NCBI GenBank assembly: GCA_963783305.1
Contig: CAWAMW010000007.1
Span: 32,001 to 96,000 of the forward strand
DNA: 64,000 nucleotides
From: an uncultured Gemmatimonadales bacterium
Lineage (GTDB): Bacteria > Gemmatimonadota > Gemmatimonadetes > Longimicrobiales > RSA9
Direction: 5' to 3'
This document shows positions 9,752-17,030 of this stretch, one piece after another; the first letter of the stretch is position 1; each line of letters starts with the position of its first letter. The notes beneath the pieces are model-generated. The model made no database searches, was not told the origin of the DNA, and was given only the letters and a program-made list of their open reading frames with translations. Both the position numbers and the translations under genes were made by a program.

Positions 9752-10154
9752 TTCGCCGCCGGCTGTCCAACGGCGCCTCCCCCGGGCCTCCCGGCCCCCC
9801 CGCGCAGGTCGTGCCCACGAGCACGGCTCACTCCACCCCGCCGGGCGCCATCCAGCGCTCCAGGTACCCAGCCTGGGCGGAGAAAGAGATGTCACGACCG
9901 ACGCCTGCGGCCATGCTCTCGCCGTAGCCGACCATTTCCCAGGCAAGGGCCCGCGCTCCCCTCAGACGGGGATGACATGGTTTCGGTTCCGTGTCGGGTC
10001 GGGCAACCGGGTTGCGGACGTATTGTTCCCGTAGCCGGTTGCCCCGCCCGGTATGCGGATACAGTGCCGGACAAGGACGTACACGATCCTGGGCTCGCCC
10101 TCGGGCGGGCCCAAATCATTGGCGAATGGGCCCTATCAGCCCGAGCAGAACAGG

Positions 10155-10544
10155 TCAGTTCCAGATCCCGAGACGGCTCACCACGAGAACGGCCAGCGTC
10201 AGCCATATCAGCACGACCGCGACCGCCGCGGCGACCCCCAGGCGTCCTTCCGGTTCGCCGGCCTTGCGCGTGGCCGCGGCCCTGGCCTCTTCCCAGACTG
10301 CCGGTGGTGTGAGCCGGATGAACAATGCCACGCCCAGGGGCACGAGCACGAGGTCGTCGAGATACCCGAGGACCGGGATGAAGTCCGGGATGAGATCGAT
10401 GGGGCTGAACGCGTAGGCGGCGACCGCGAGCGCCAGGGTCTTCGCGTACCATGGCACCCGCGGATCATGCCCCGCGAGGTATACCGCATGGACTTCGATC
10501 TTCATCCGGCGGGCCCACGACTTCCACCGATCGAGGGTGCTCAC
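10155..10544 (-). CDS. YkvA / DUF1232 family membrane protein
   Basis: DPRVPWYAK...[25 protein letters not shown] start overlaps the upstream TGA (GTGA). Confidence 0.9.
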   Translation of the reverse strand: MSTLDRWKSWARRMKIEVHAVYLAGHDPRVPWYAKTLALAVAAYAFSPIDLIPDFIPVLGYLDDLVLVPLGVALFIRLTPPAVWEEARAAATRKAGEPEGRLGVAAAVAVVLIWLTLAVLVVSRLGIWN

Positions 10545-11455
10545 GGAGGGTCCTGCCTCCGATCGATGCTCACGTCCTCCCAGGCCACGGGATCTTCGAT
10601 CGGCTCCAGGTGCGTGAACACCGTGATCCGGGGGACGGCCTCCCGGATCTCGGCCTCGATCCGCTCCAGGAGGTCGTGGCCCTCCTGGACCGTCCAGTCG
10701 CCGGGTACGAGCACATGCACCGACATGAAACGGCGCCTCCCCGACCGACGCGTGCGGAGGGCGTGAAACTGGATTCCCTCTTTCCTGTGGCGGTCGAGAA
10801 CCTCCCGGATGGAATCCTGGACCTCCACCGGAAGCGCCGTGTCCAGAAGTCCCAGCATGGACCGCCGGAGGAGCGACACGCCGACGCGGGTGATATTCGC
10901 GGCGACGAGCAGGGCCACCAGCGGGTCCAGCACATTCCAACCCGTGAGGCCCACCAACCCGACCCCCGCCAGGACCCCCACCGAGGTCCAGACGTCCGTC
11001 ATCAGGTGATGGGCGTCGGCTTCGAGGGCGATGGACTCGTGCTCGGCCGCGGCACGCAGGAGGAGTCGCGCCACCACGAGATTGACCATTGAGGCGACGA
11101 CCGATATGGCCAGTCCGATCCCGACGCGCTCGAGCGGTTGCGGGTCGAACAGCCGATCGACGGACGTGACCGCGATCATCACCGCCGCGACCAGAACGAG
11201 CGCGCCCTCGAACCCGCTCGAGAAGTACTCGGCCTTCGTGTGGCCGTAGGCGTGCTCCTCGTCGGCGGGGCGGCTGGCGACGGCGAGGGCGCGAAGGGCT
11301 ACAATGGCCGCCGCCAGATTGACCAGGGACTCGAGTGCGTCCGAGAGCAGCCCGACGGAGTCGGTCAGGACGTATGCGCCACCCTTGAGCGCGATGGTGA
11401 CGAGCGCCGCGGCAATGGAGAGCCACGCGTAGCCGGTGAGGCTTCTCTGTTCCAC
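10541..11455 (-). CDS. Cation diffusion facilitator (FieF-like) transporter
   Basis: [40 protein letters not shown]-terminal ZT-dimer domain (HLEP); GTG start after GGAGGAAG. Confidence 0.93.
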   Translation of the reverse strand: MEQRSLTGYAWLSIAAALVTIALKGGAYVLTDSVGLLSDALESLVNLAAAIVALRALAVASRPADEEHAYGHTKAEYFSSGFEGALVLVAAVMIAVTSVDRLFDPQPLERVGIGLAISVVASMVNLVVARLLLRAAAEHESIALEADAHHLMTDVWTSVGVLAGVGLVGLTGWNVLDPLVALLVAANITRVGVSLLRRSMLGLLDTALPVEVQDSIREVLDRHRKEGIQFHALRTRRSGRRRFMSVHVLVPGDWTVQEGHDLLERIEAEIREAVPRITVFTHLEPIEDPVAWEDVSIDRRQDPP

Positions 11456-11636
11456 CTTCCTCCAATCCACTCGGATCCGACTATCCGCCAGAAGCTGCCC
11501 ATCGAAGCGGTGCTCCAGGAGGCGGAATCGGTGCTGGAGCTGGCGCTCGTGCGGCTTCGAGTGCGCGGTCACCCGGCTCGAGCCGTGCTCCGCCCCTCAG
11601 TTCCGCCGAAACCTCGGTAGGGGCTCCCTCGGCCCC

Positions 11637-12230
11637 TCAGCGGCCATGGGGCGTGTCACCCAGCACCAGGACCAGGCCCACACCGAGCGCCAGATAGGAG
11701 GTCGTCGTTTCCGCCGTCTCACTCGCGCTCTTCACTTCGAACGAATAGCGGCGGTACCGCACGACCGGTCTCACGAAGAGTACGCGGCGCGCAACGGCGA
11801 TATCCACGCCGGCACCCCCCTCGATCGTTCGCAGTCCGTTCGTGTCCACCCGGGCGAACTCCGGTCCGGCGATGGGGGCATCCAGATCATGCCAGCCGAT
11901 GCCGACTTGCGCCCAGGGGCGAATGCGCGTGTCCTCCCGGGACCGAAGCCACAGCTTCAGCCCGGCTCCCAGGCCGCGATCGGTCCAGGTCTGCGCCCGG
12001 TCCTCGATGTTGAAGGAGGTTCGCTCGTACGATCCGTAGAGGCCCAGCGCCCGGGTGAGCCGAATCGTGACGGATGTGCTCCACCCCCACCCGAGCTCCG
12101 CCCCATCGTCCGCGAACTCGCCCAGAGGAATCGCCGGAACGAGGTCCGCGGCCAGGGCGACGGTGGGAGCGCGCTGGGCGGTTGCGGACGTAGCCAGCAG
12201 CAGGAAGGGAACCGCAAGGAAACGGCGCAT
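11637..12230 (-). CDS. Outer-membrane beta-barrel (OmpA-like 8-strand) protein
   Basis: Signal peptide MRRFLAVPFLLLATSATA; alternating amphipathic strands (LGLYGSYE, PWAQVGIGW, GGAGVDI, YLALGVGL). Confidence 0.7.
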   Translation of the reverse strand: MRRFLAVPFLLLATSATAQRAPTVALAADLVPAIPLGEFADDGAELGWGWSTSVTIRLTRALGLYGSYERTSFNIEDRAQTWTDRGLGAGLKLWLRSREDTRIRPWAQVGIGWHDLDAPIAGPEFARVDTNGLRTIEGGAGVDIAVARRVLFVRPVVRYRRYSFEVKSASETAETTTSYLALGVGLVLVLGDTPHGR

Positions 12231-12253
12231 GGCTCGGGATCTCTCGGTGTGCG

Positions 12254-12772
12254 TCAGGCCCGCCGGATGGCTCGTATGCCGAGGAACAGCAGTCCGGTGG
12301 ACAGAAGGAGCAGAAGGGATGGCTCCGGAACGCGTGTAGGACCCACATCCGCACTACCGACTCCGGCACCGGCGGCGAGCGGGCCCAGGAGCCACAACGG
12401 ACTCACGCCCTGAGCCGCCACGACGGGCTGGCTCCGCACGGGCCGCACGAGCGCATGCTCGTACAGGGACTGGGAAGGCGAGTACCGCACGGAAACCTCA
12501 GGTGTGGGCAGGCCGCCCTTGATGACCAGCGGAAGCTCTGCGAAGGGCCAGTCGGAAACGGCCAGGCGGGCCGGGAGAGTGTCGGGCGGAGCCGACTGCA
12601 CTACGGTTACGGGGGTGTCGGGCCTGACGGCCTGCTGAGGGCTCAACGTCTCGTCTCCCACAGCCCCCGCCGTCTCGCCAGGAACCTCTTCGGCCACACC
12701 GACCAGCCATCCGACCCCGAGTATCCCCACAAGGACGACCAGCAACGCGGCGCCCCACTTGAATCTATTCAT
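12254..12772 (-). CDS. PEP-CTERM sorting-domain protein
   Basis: C-terminus VPEPSLLLLLSTGLLFLGIRAIRRA (PEP motif, TM helix, basic tail); hydrophobic N-terminus. Confidence 0.85.
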   Translation of the reverse strand: MNRFKWGAALLVVLVGILGVGWLVGVAEEVPGETAGAVGDETLSPQQAVRPDTPVTVVQSAPPDTLPARLAVSDWPFAELPLVIKGGLPTPEVSVRYSPSQSLYEHALVRPVRSQPVVAAQGVSPLWLLGPLAAGAGVGSADVGPTRVPEPSLLLLLSTGLLFLGIRAIRRA

Positions 12773-12806
12773 CAGATACCGCCTTTCACCATCAGACGGA
12801 CCGGCG

Positions 12807-13580
12807 TCACTCGATCAGCACCGCCGTGCCCGTTTCCACCAACTCGAACAGCCGCTCCACGTCCGCGGTGCGCATTCGAATGCAGCCATGGCTCGCTGCG
12901 CTCCCGATGGACCCCCTGTTATACGGAGTCGTGCCGTGGATCAGGTACCCCTCTCCCATGTCCAGAGCCCGTGTTCCAAGCGCGTCCGGAACCTGTCGCT
13001 GCCTCGTCCCGATCGGCGGCATGAACAACACACCATCGACGATGATCTCGCGCCCCGTTGGAACGCTCCAGAAGCGGTCACCAAGCACCCGTACCACATT
13101 CGAACCCCGGATCTCCAGCCGACTTCCATCGGCCAGAGTATACTGCGAACCCCGCGCCAACCGAACCAGATCCAAATGCTCGTAGGCCGCACGCTCGTAA
13201 TAGTGCCACTCGGGAACCGTCCAGACCGGGTCCCGTCGCTTCGCCAGAATCGACCGCTCTCCCCGAGGCGTCTGCCAGTCGAAGGTCCGACCCCCATACC
13301 GGAAGGTCTCCCGGCGCCCTATGGCCACGGAAGCGTCCATGAGGGTGTCCGGCCCCTGCACCAGCCACAGGCGGTACTCGTCGAGGGAGATAATGATCCG
13401 CTTCGCGTCCGTCGAATTCTGGGCGTGAACCGAGATCGGAGTGGCAGCGATCGCTGCCACGATGCACGAGAATGCCACGAGAGCACGCACGCGTGCCGCC
13501 GCCCCGGACCCCCGTCGTGTCAGGGGGATCGCGGCTGGCTCCCGCTTCTTCGCCTTGCGACTTGCTTCTATGCGACGCAT
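12807..13580 (-). CDS. L,D-transpeptidase (YkuD family)
   Basis: IIISLDEYRLWL, VAIG, TPRG, DPVWTVP, YLIHGT...SIGSAASHGCIRM catalytic His/Cys; signal peptide. Confidence 0.93.
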   Translation of the reverse strand: MRRIEASRKAKKREPAAIPLTRRGSGAAARVRALVAFSCIVAAIAATPISVHAQNSTDAKRIIISLDEYRLWLVQGPDTLMDASVAIGRRETFRYGGRTFDWQTPRGERSILAKRRDPVWTVPEWHYYERAAYEHLDLVRLARGSQYTLADGSRLEIRGSNVVRVLGDRFWSVPTGREIIVDGVLFMPPIGTRQRQVPDALGTRALDMGEGYLIHGTTPYNRGSIGSAASHGCIRMRTADVERLFELVETGTAVLIE

Positions 13581-13918
13581 TCTCGACTATGTCGGTCCGC
13601 AGGATTGATGCTCCACGCGGAGAGGCTCCAGGCCCGACATCGGGCCGAGCCTGCCCGCGGTGGGCAGCAAGAACAGTGCGCGTCGCCAGCGGCGCTGCGG
13701 ACGGAGCCGCGGGGTCACAGAATTACACTCGAAAGCCATGGCGTCCCGGAAATGCGTTGCGTGGCCGCCGCACCCGTGGGGGCTGGACCATAGCGCGAGC
13801 ACGTCGTCTGAAAAGTAACACAGCCATGGCGCCGCGGCGGATCCACCAGGCCTGGACAGCTGAACGCCGTTTCCTTTCCTGACCTCCCGGTCGCTTTCGT
13901 CACAGGGACACAGACCAC

Positions 13919-15028
13919 ATGCGCGCCGAAAAGATCGTCCTCCGAACCATCCAGCTCCGTCTGCGCGAGCCGTTCCGCATCTCGTCGGGGGTGACCCACG
14001 ATCGGACGATCATGCTGGCGTACGTGGATTTCGGCGGTGTGGAGGGTGTGGCGGAGTGCGTGGCGGGGGAGACGCCGCACTATTCGCCGGAGACGGTGGA
14101 GACGGCGCGCTGGGTGATCGAGCGGCACCTGGCGCCGGCGCTGCTGGGGCGGGAGCTGGGGCACCCGTCGGAGGTCACGGCGGTGCTGGAGGAGGTGGCG
14201 CGGGGCCATCGCATGGCGAAGGCGACGCTGGAGATGGCGGCGTGGGAGGCGTGGGCGCGGGCGGAGGGGACGTCGCTGGCGGCGGTGCTGGGCGGCGTGG
14301 CGGCGGCGGTCCCGGCGGGGGTGAGCCTGGGGATCCACGAGGACAGCAGCGCCCTGATCGACAGCATCGCCGGCTACGTGGAGCAGGGCTACCGTCGCAT
14401 CAAGCTGAAGGTGAAGCCGGGGCGGGACCTCTCGGTGCTGGAGGCGGTGCGGGCCGCGTTCCCGGACGTATCGCTCACGGTGGACGCGAATGCGGCCTAC
14501 ACGGCGGCCGACCTGGACCGGCTGGAGGCGCTCGACCGGTTCGGTCTCTCGTACGTGGAGCAGCCGTTCGACGAGGACGCGCTGCTGCTGCACGCCGAGC
14601 TCCAGGCGCGACTGAGCACCGACGTCTGCCTGGACGAGAGCATCACCAGCCCGGAGCGCTGCCGGGAAGCGCTGGAGCTGGACGCCGCGCGGGTGGTGAA
14701 CATCAAGCCGGGCCGACTGGGGGGACACGGCCCATCGCTCCAGGTCCACGACCTGTGCGAGCGGGCGGGCGTGCCCGTCTGGTGCGGCGGCATGCTGGAG
14801 TCGGGTGTGGGCCGGGCGCACAATGTGGCGCTGGCGAGTTTACCGAACATGCGGCTTCCGGGGGATACATCCGCGAGCGCCCGGTACTGGGAGCGTGATG
14901 TCGTCGTGCCGCCGTTCGTGCTCGCGCCCGATGGCACGGTGGCGGTGCCCACGGGCCCCGGCCTCGGCGTGGAGCTGGACGAGGACTTTCTCCGCGCCAT
15001 TGAGATCGACCGCGTGGAGCTGCGGTGA
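13919..15028 (+). CDS. menC: o-succinylbenzoate synthase / N-succinylamino acid racemase (NSAR/OSBS subfamily, enolase superfamily)
   Basis: GYRRIKLKVKPG, VDANAAY, EQP, CLDESI, NIKPGRLGG, WCGGMLESGVGRAHN, PGDTSASARYW. Confidence 0.92.
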   Translation: MRAEKIVLRTIQLRLREPFRISSGVTHDRTIMLAYVDFGGVEGVAECVAGETPHYSPETVETARWVIERHLAPALLGRELGHPSEVTAVLEEVARGHRMAKATLEMAAWEAWARAEGTSLAAVLGGVAAAVPAGVSLGIHEDSSALIDSIAGYVEQGYRRIKLKVKPGRDLSVLEAVRAAFPDVSLTVDANAAYTAADLDRLEALDRFGLSYVEQPFDEDALLLHAELQARLSTDVCLDESITSPERCREALELDAARVVNIKPGRLGGHGPSLQVHDLCERAGVPVWCGGMLESGVGRAHNVALASLPNMRLPGDTSASARYWERDVVVPPFVLAPDGTVAVPTGPGLGVELDEDFLRAIEIDRVELR

Positions 15029-16125
15029 GCGGGGCGCTGGAGCGGCTCCGGCGCCTGGTGGAGCTGGAGTCCCCATCCGACGACGAGGCGCGGCTCCGGG
15101 CCGTGGCCGCCGAGTTCGCCGCGCAGCTCACCGATGTCGGCGCACGGGTGGAGAGCGTGGACGTGTCCGGTGTGGGCGTGCACGTGATCGGCCGGCTGCC
15201 GGGGTCGGACGTCGACGCCCGCCCGGTCCTGGTTCTCGGCCACCTCGACACCGTCCACCCCATCGGCAGCTTCGACCCGGTGTTCCGGGTGGAGGATGGC
15301 CAGGCCCGCGGCCCCGGGGTGCTCGACATGAAGGGCGGCCTGGCGTGCATGCTGGAGGCGCTGGCCGTGATCGGGGCGACCGGGCGCCGCCCGAGCCGCC
15401 CGGTGGTGGTGCTGGCCACCTGCGACGAGGAGACCGGTTCCGACACCTCGCGCGCGCTGATCGAGTCGCTGGCCGCCGACGTCCGCGCCGTGCTGGTCCC
15501 GGAGCCGCCGCTCCCGGGCGGCGCCGCCAAGACGCGACGGAAGGGAGTCTCGTGGTACCGCCTCGACGTGCGCGGCCGGGCGTCGCACGCCGGGCTGGAG
15601 CCGGAGGTGGGAGTGAACGCCATCGTCGAGCTGGCCCACCAGGTCCTGGCGATCACCGCGCTCGGCGACCCCGAGGCCGGCACCTCCGTCAGCGTCTGCC
15701 AGAGCTCCGGCGGCACCGCCTCCAACGTCATACCGGCCACGGCGTCCGCCATCCTCGACGTGCGCTTCACCACCGCGGCGGAGGCCGAGCGCGTGGACAT
15801 GGCGCTCCGGTCGCTGTCGCCGCGGCTGCCGGGCGCCGAGCTCGCCCTGGCTGGCGGTGTCAACCGCCCGCCCATGGAGCGGACGGCGGCGCTGGTCACG
15901 CTGTACGAACACGCCCGGTCGCTGGCCGGGGAGGACGGCTGGCGGCTGGATGAGGGCGACTCGGGCGGCGCCAGCGACGGCTCGTTCACCGCGGGGATCG
16001 GTGTCCCCACGCTGGACGGCATCGGCCCCCGGGGCGGCGGCGCGCACGCGCTCGACGAGCACGTGGCGGTCGACGATCTGGACCGCCGCGTTACGCTCTA
16101 CCGGCGCCTGCTGGAGACGCTGTGA
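15025..16125 (+). CDS. M20 metallopeptidase (putative N-succinyl-L-amino acid desuccinylase)
   Basis: GHLDTV, GPGVLDMKGG, DEETGS, SHAG, GGASDG, GAHA; 4-nt overlap with the upstream gene. Confidence 0.88.
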   Translation: MSGALERLRRLVELESPSDDEARLRAVAAEFAAQLTDVGARVESVDVSGVGVHVIGRLPGSDVDARPVLVLGHLDTVHPIGSFDPVFRVEDGQARGPGVLDMKGGLACMLEALAVIGATGRRPSRPVVVLATCDEETGSDTSRALIESLAADVRAVLVPEPPLPGGAAKTRRKGVSWYRLDVRGRASHAGLEPEVGVNAIVELAHQVLAITALGDPEAGTSVSVCQSSGGTASNVIPATASAILDVRFTTAAEAERVDMALRSLSPRLPGAELALAGGVNRPPMERTAALVTLYEHARSLAGEDGWRLDEGDSGGASDGSFTAGIGVPTLDGIGPRGGGAHALDEHVAVDDLDRRVTLYRRLLETL

Positions 16126-16946
16126 GCGGCGCCGCTCCGGTCATCCGGCCGCTCGAGACGCTCGAGGAGCGGGAGGCGTGCGTCGCGCTCCAGGAAGAGA
16201 CCTGGGGCCGCGATTTCCGCGATCGCGTCCCGGGCTCGATCCTCATGGTGGCGCAGGAGGTGGGTGGCGTGGCCAGCGGCGCGTTCCAGGGCGATGAGCT
16301 GGTGGGCTTTGTCTTCGGGCTGACCGGCGTACGGGAGGGCCGCCTCGTCCACTGGTCCGATATGCTGGCCGTCCGCCCGTCGCAGCGAGGGAAGGGGCTC
16401 GGCCTGGCGCTCAAGCTCCACCAGCGGGAGCGACTCCTGGGCGTGGGGGTGGAGACCGTGCTCTGGACCTTCGACCCGCTGGAGTCCAGGAACGCGCACC
16501 TGAACCTGCGTCGCCTCGGCGCCATCGCCCGGACCTACCACCGCGACCTCTACGGCCCGCCCGACTCCCCCCTCCATACCGGGCTCGGCACCGACCGACT
16601 CGTGGCCGAGTGGCCCATCGCATCCGAGCGCGTGCGGCGCCGGCTCGCTGGACGCCCCGCCGACCCCGTGGAAGACGCCACGCTCCTCAACCCGCCCCGC
16701 GCAGGCGGTCCGTTCCCGCGCCCCTCCGAGCGCGTGGCCGCCCCCGCCGGTCCCGCCGTGCGCGTGGCGGTCCCGCGCGACATCCAGCGCCTGAAATCCG
16801 AGGACGGCGACCTCGCGGGAGCGTGGCGGTCGAACGTGCGGGACGCCCTGGAACGGTCGTTCGTCGCCGGCTACATCGCCACGGACGTGGTGCGCAGCGG
16901 CGGGACATCCGAGTACATCCTCACGCTGGACGTGGATTCGAGCTGA
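16122..16946 (+). CDS. GNAT acyltransferase (putative D-amino acid N-succinyltransferase)
   Basis: HWSDMLAV...RGKGLGLALKLHQR, WTFDPLESRNAHLN, TDRLVAEW; overlapped with the M20 gene. Confidence 0.85.
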   Translation: MSGAAPVIRPLETLEEREACVALQEETWGRDFRDRVPGSILMVAQEVGGVASGAFQGDELVGFVFGLTGVREGRLVHWSDMLAVRPSQRGKGLGLALKLHQRERLLGVGVETVLWTFDPLESRNAHLNLRRLGAIARTYHRDLYGPPDSPLHTGLGTDRLVAEWPIASERVRRRLAGRPADPVEDATLLNPPRAGGPFPRPSERVAAPAGPAVRVAVPRDIQRLKSEDGDLAGAWRSNVRDALERSFVAGYIATDVVRSGGTSEYILTLDVDSS

Positions 16947-17030
16947 CAGGCGGGCGCTCGCCCCCCCGCGCCAGCGGGTCCCGAGGGAGCGAAGCGACCG
17001 CAGGGATCGACCCTCGACTGCCTCCGCAGC

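Noticed and set aside
9828..9935. Small minus-strand ORF MVGYGESMAAGVG...GGVE
   Set aside because: Only 35 aa, weak RBS, no recognisable motif, and the C-terminus is not a Pup-type GGE/GGQ
7203..13800. Intact integrative element or prophage at tRNA-Ser
   Set aside because: No integrase, phage or transfer genes, and I found no duplicated tRNA 3' end in the window
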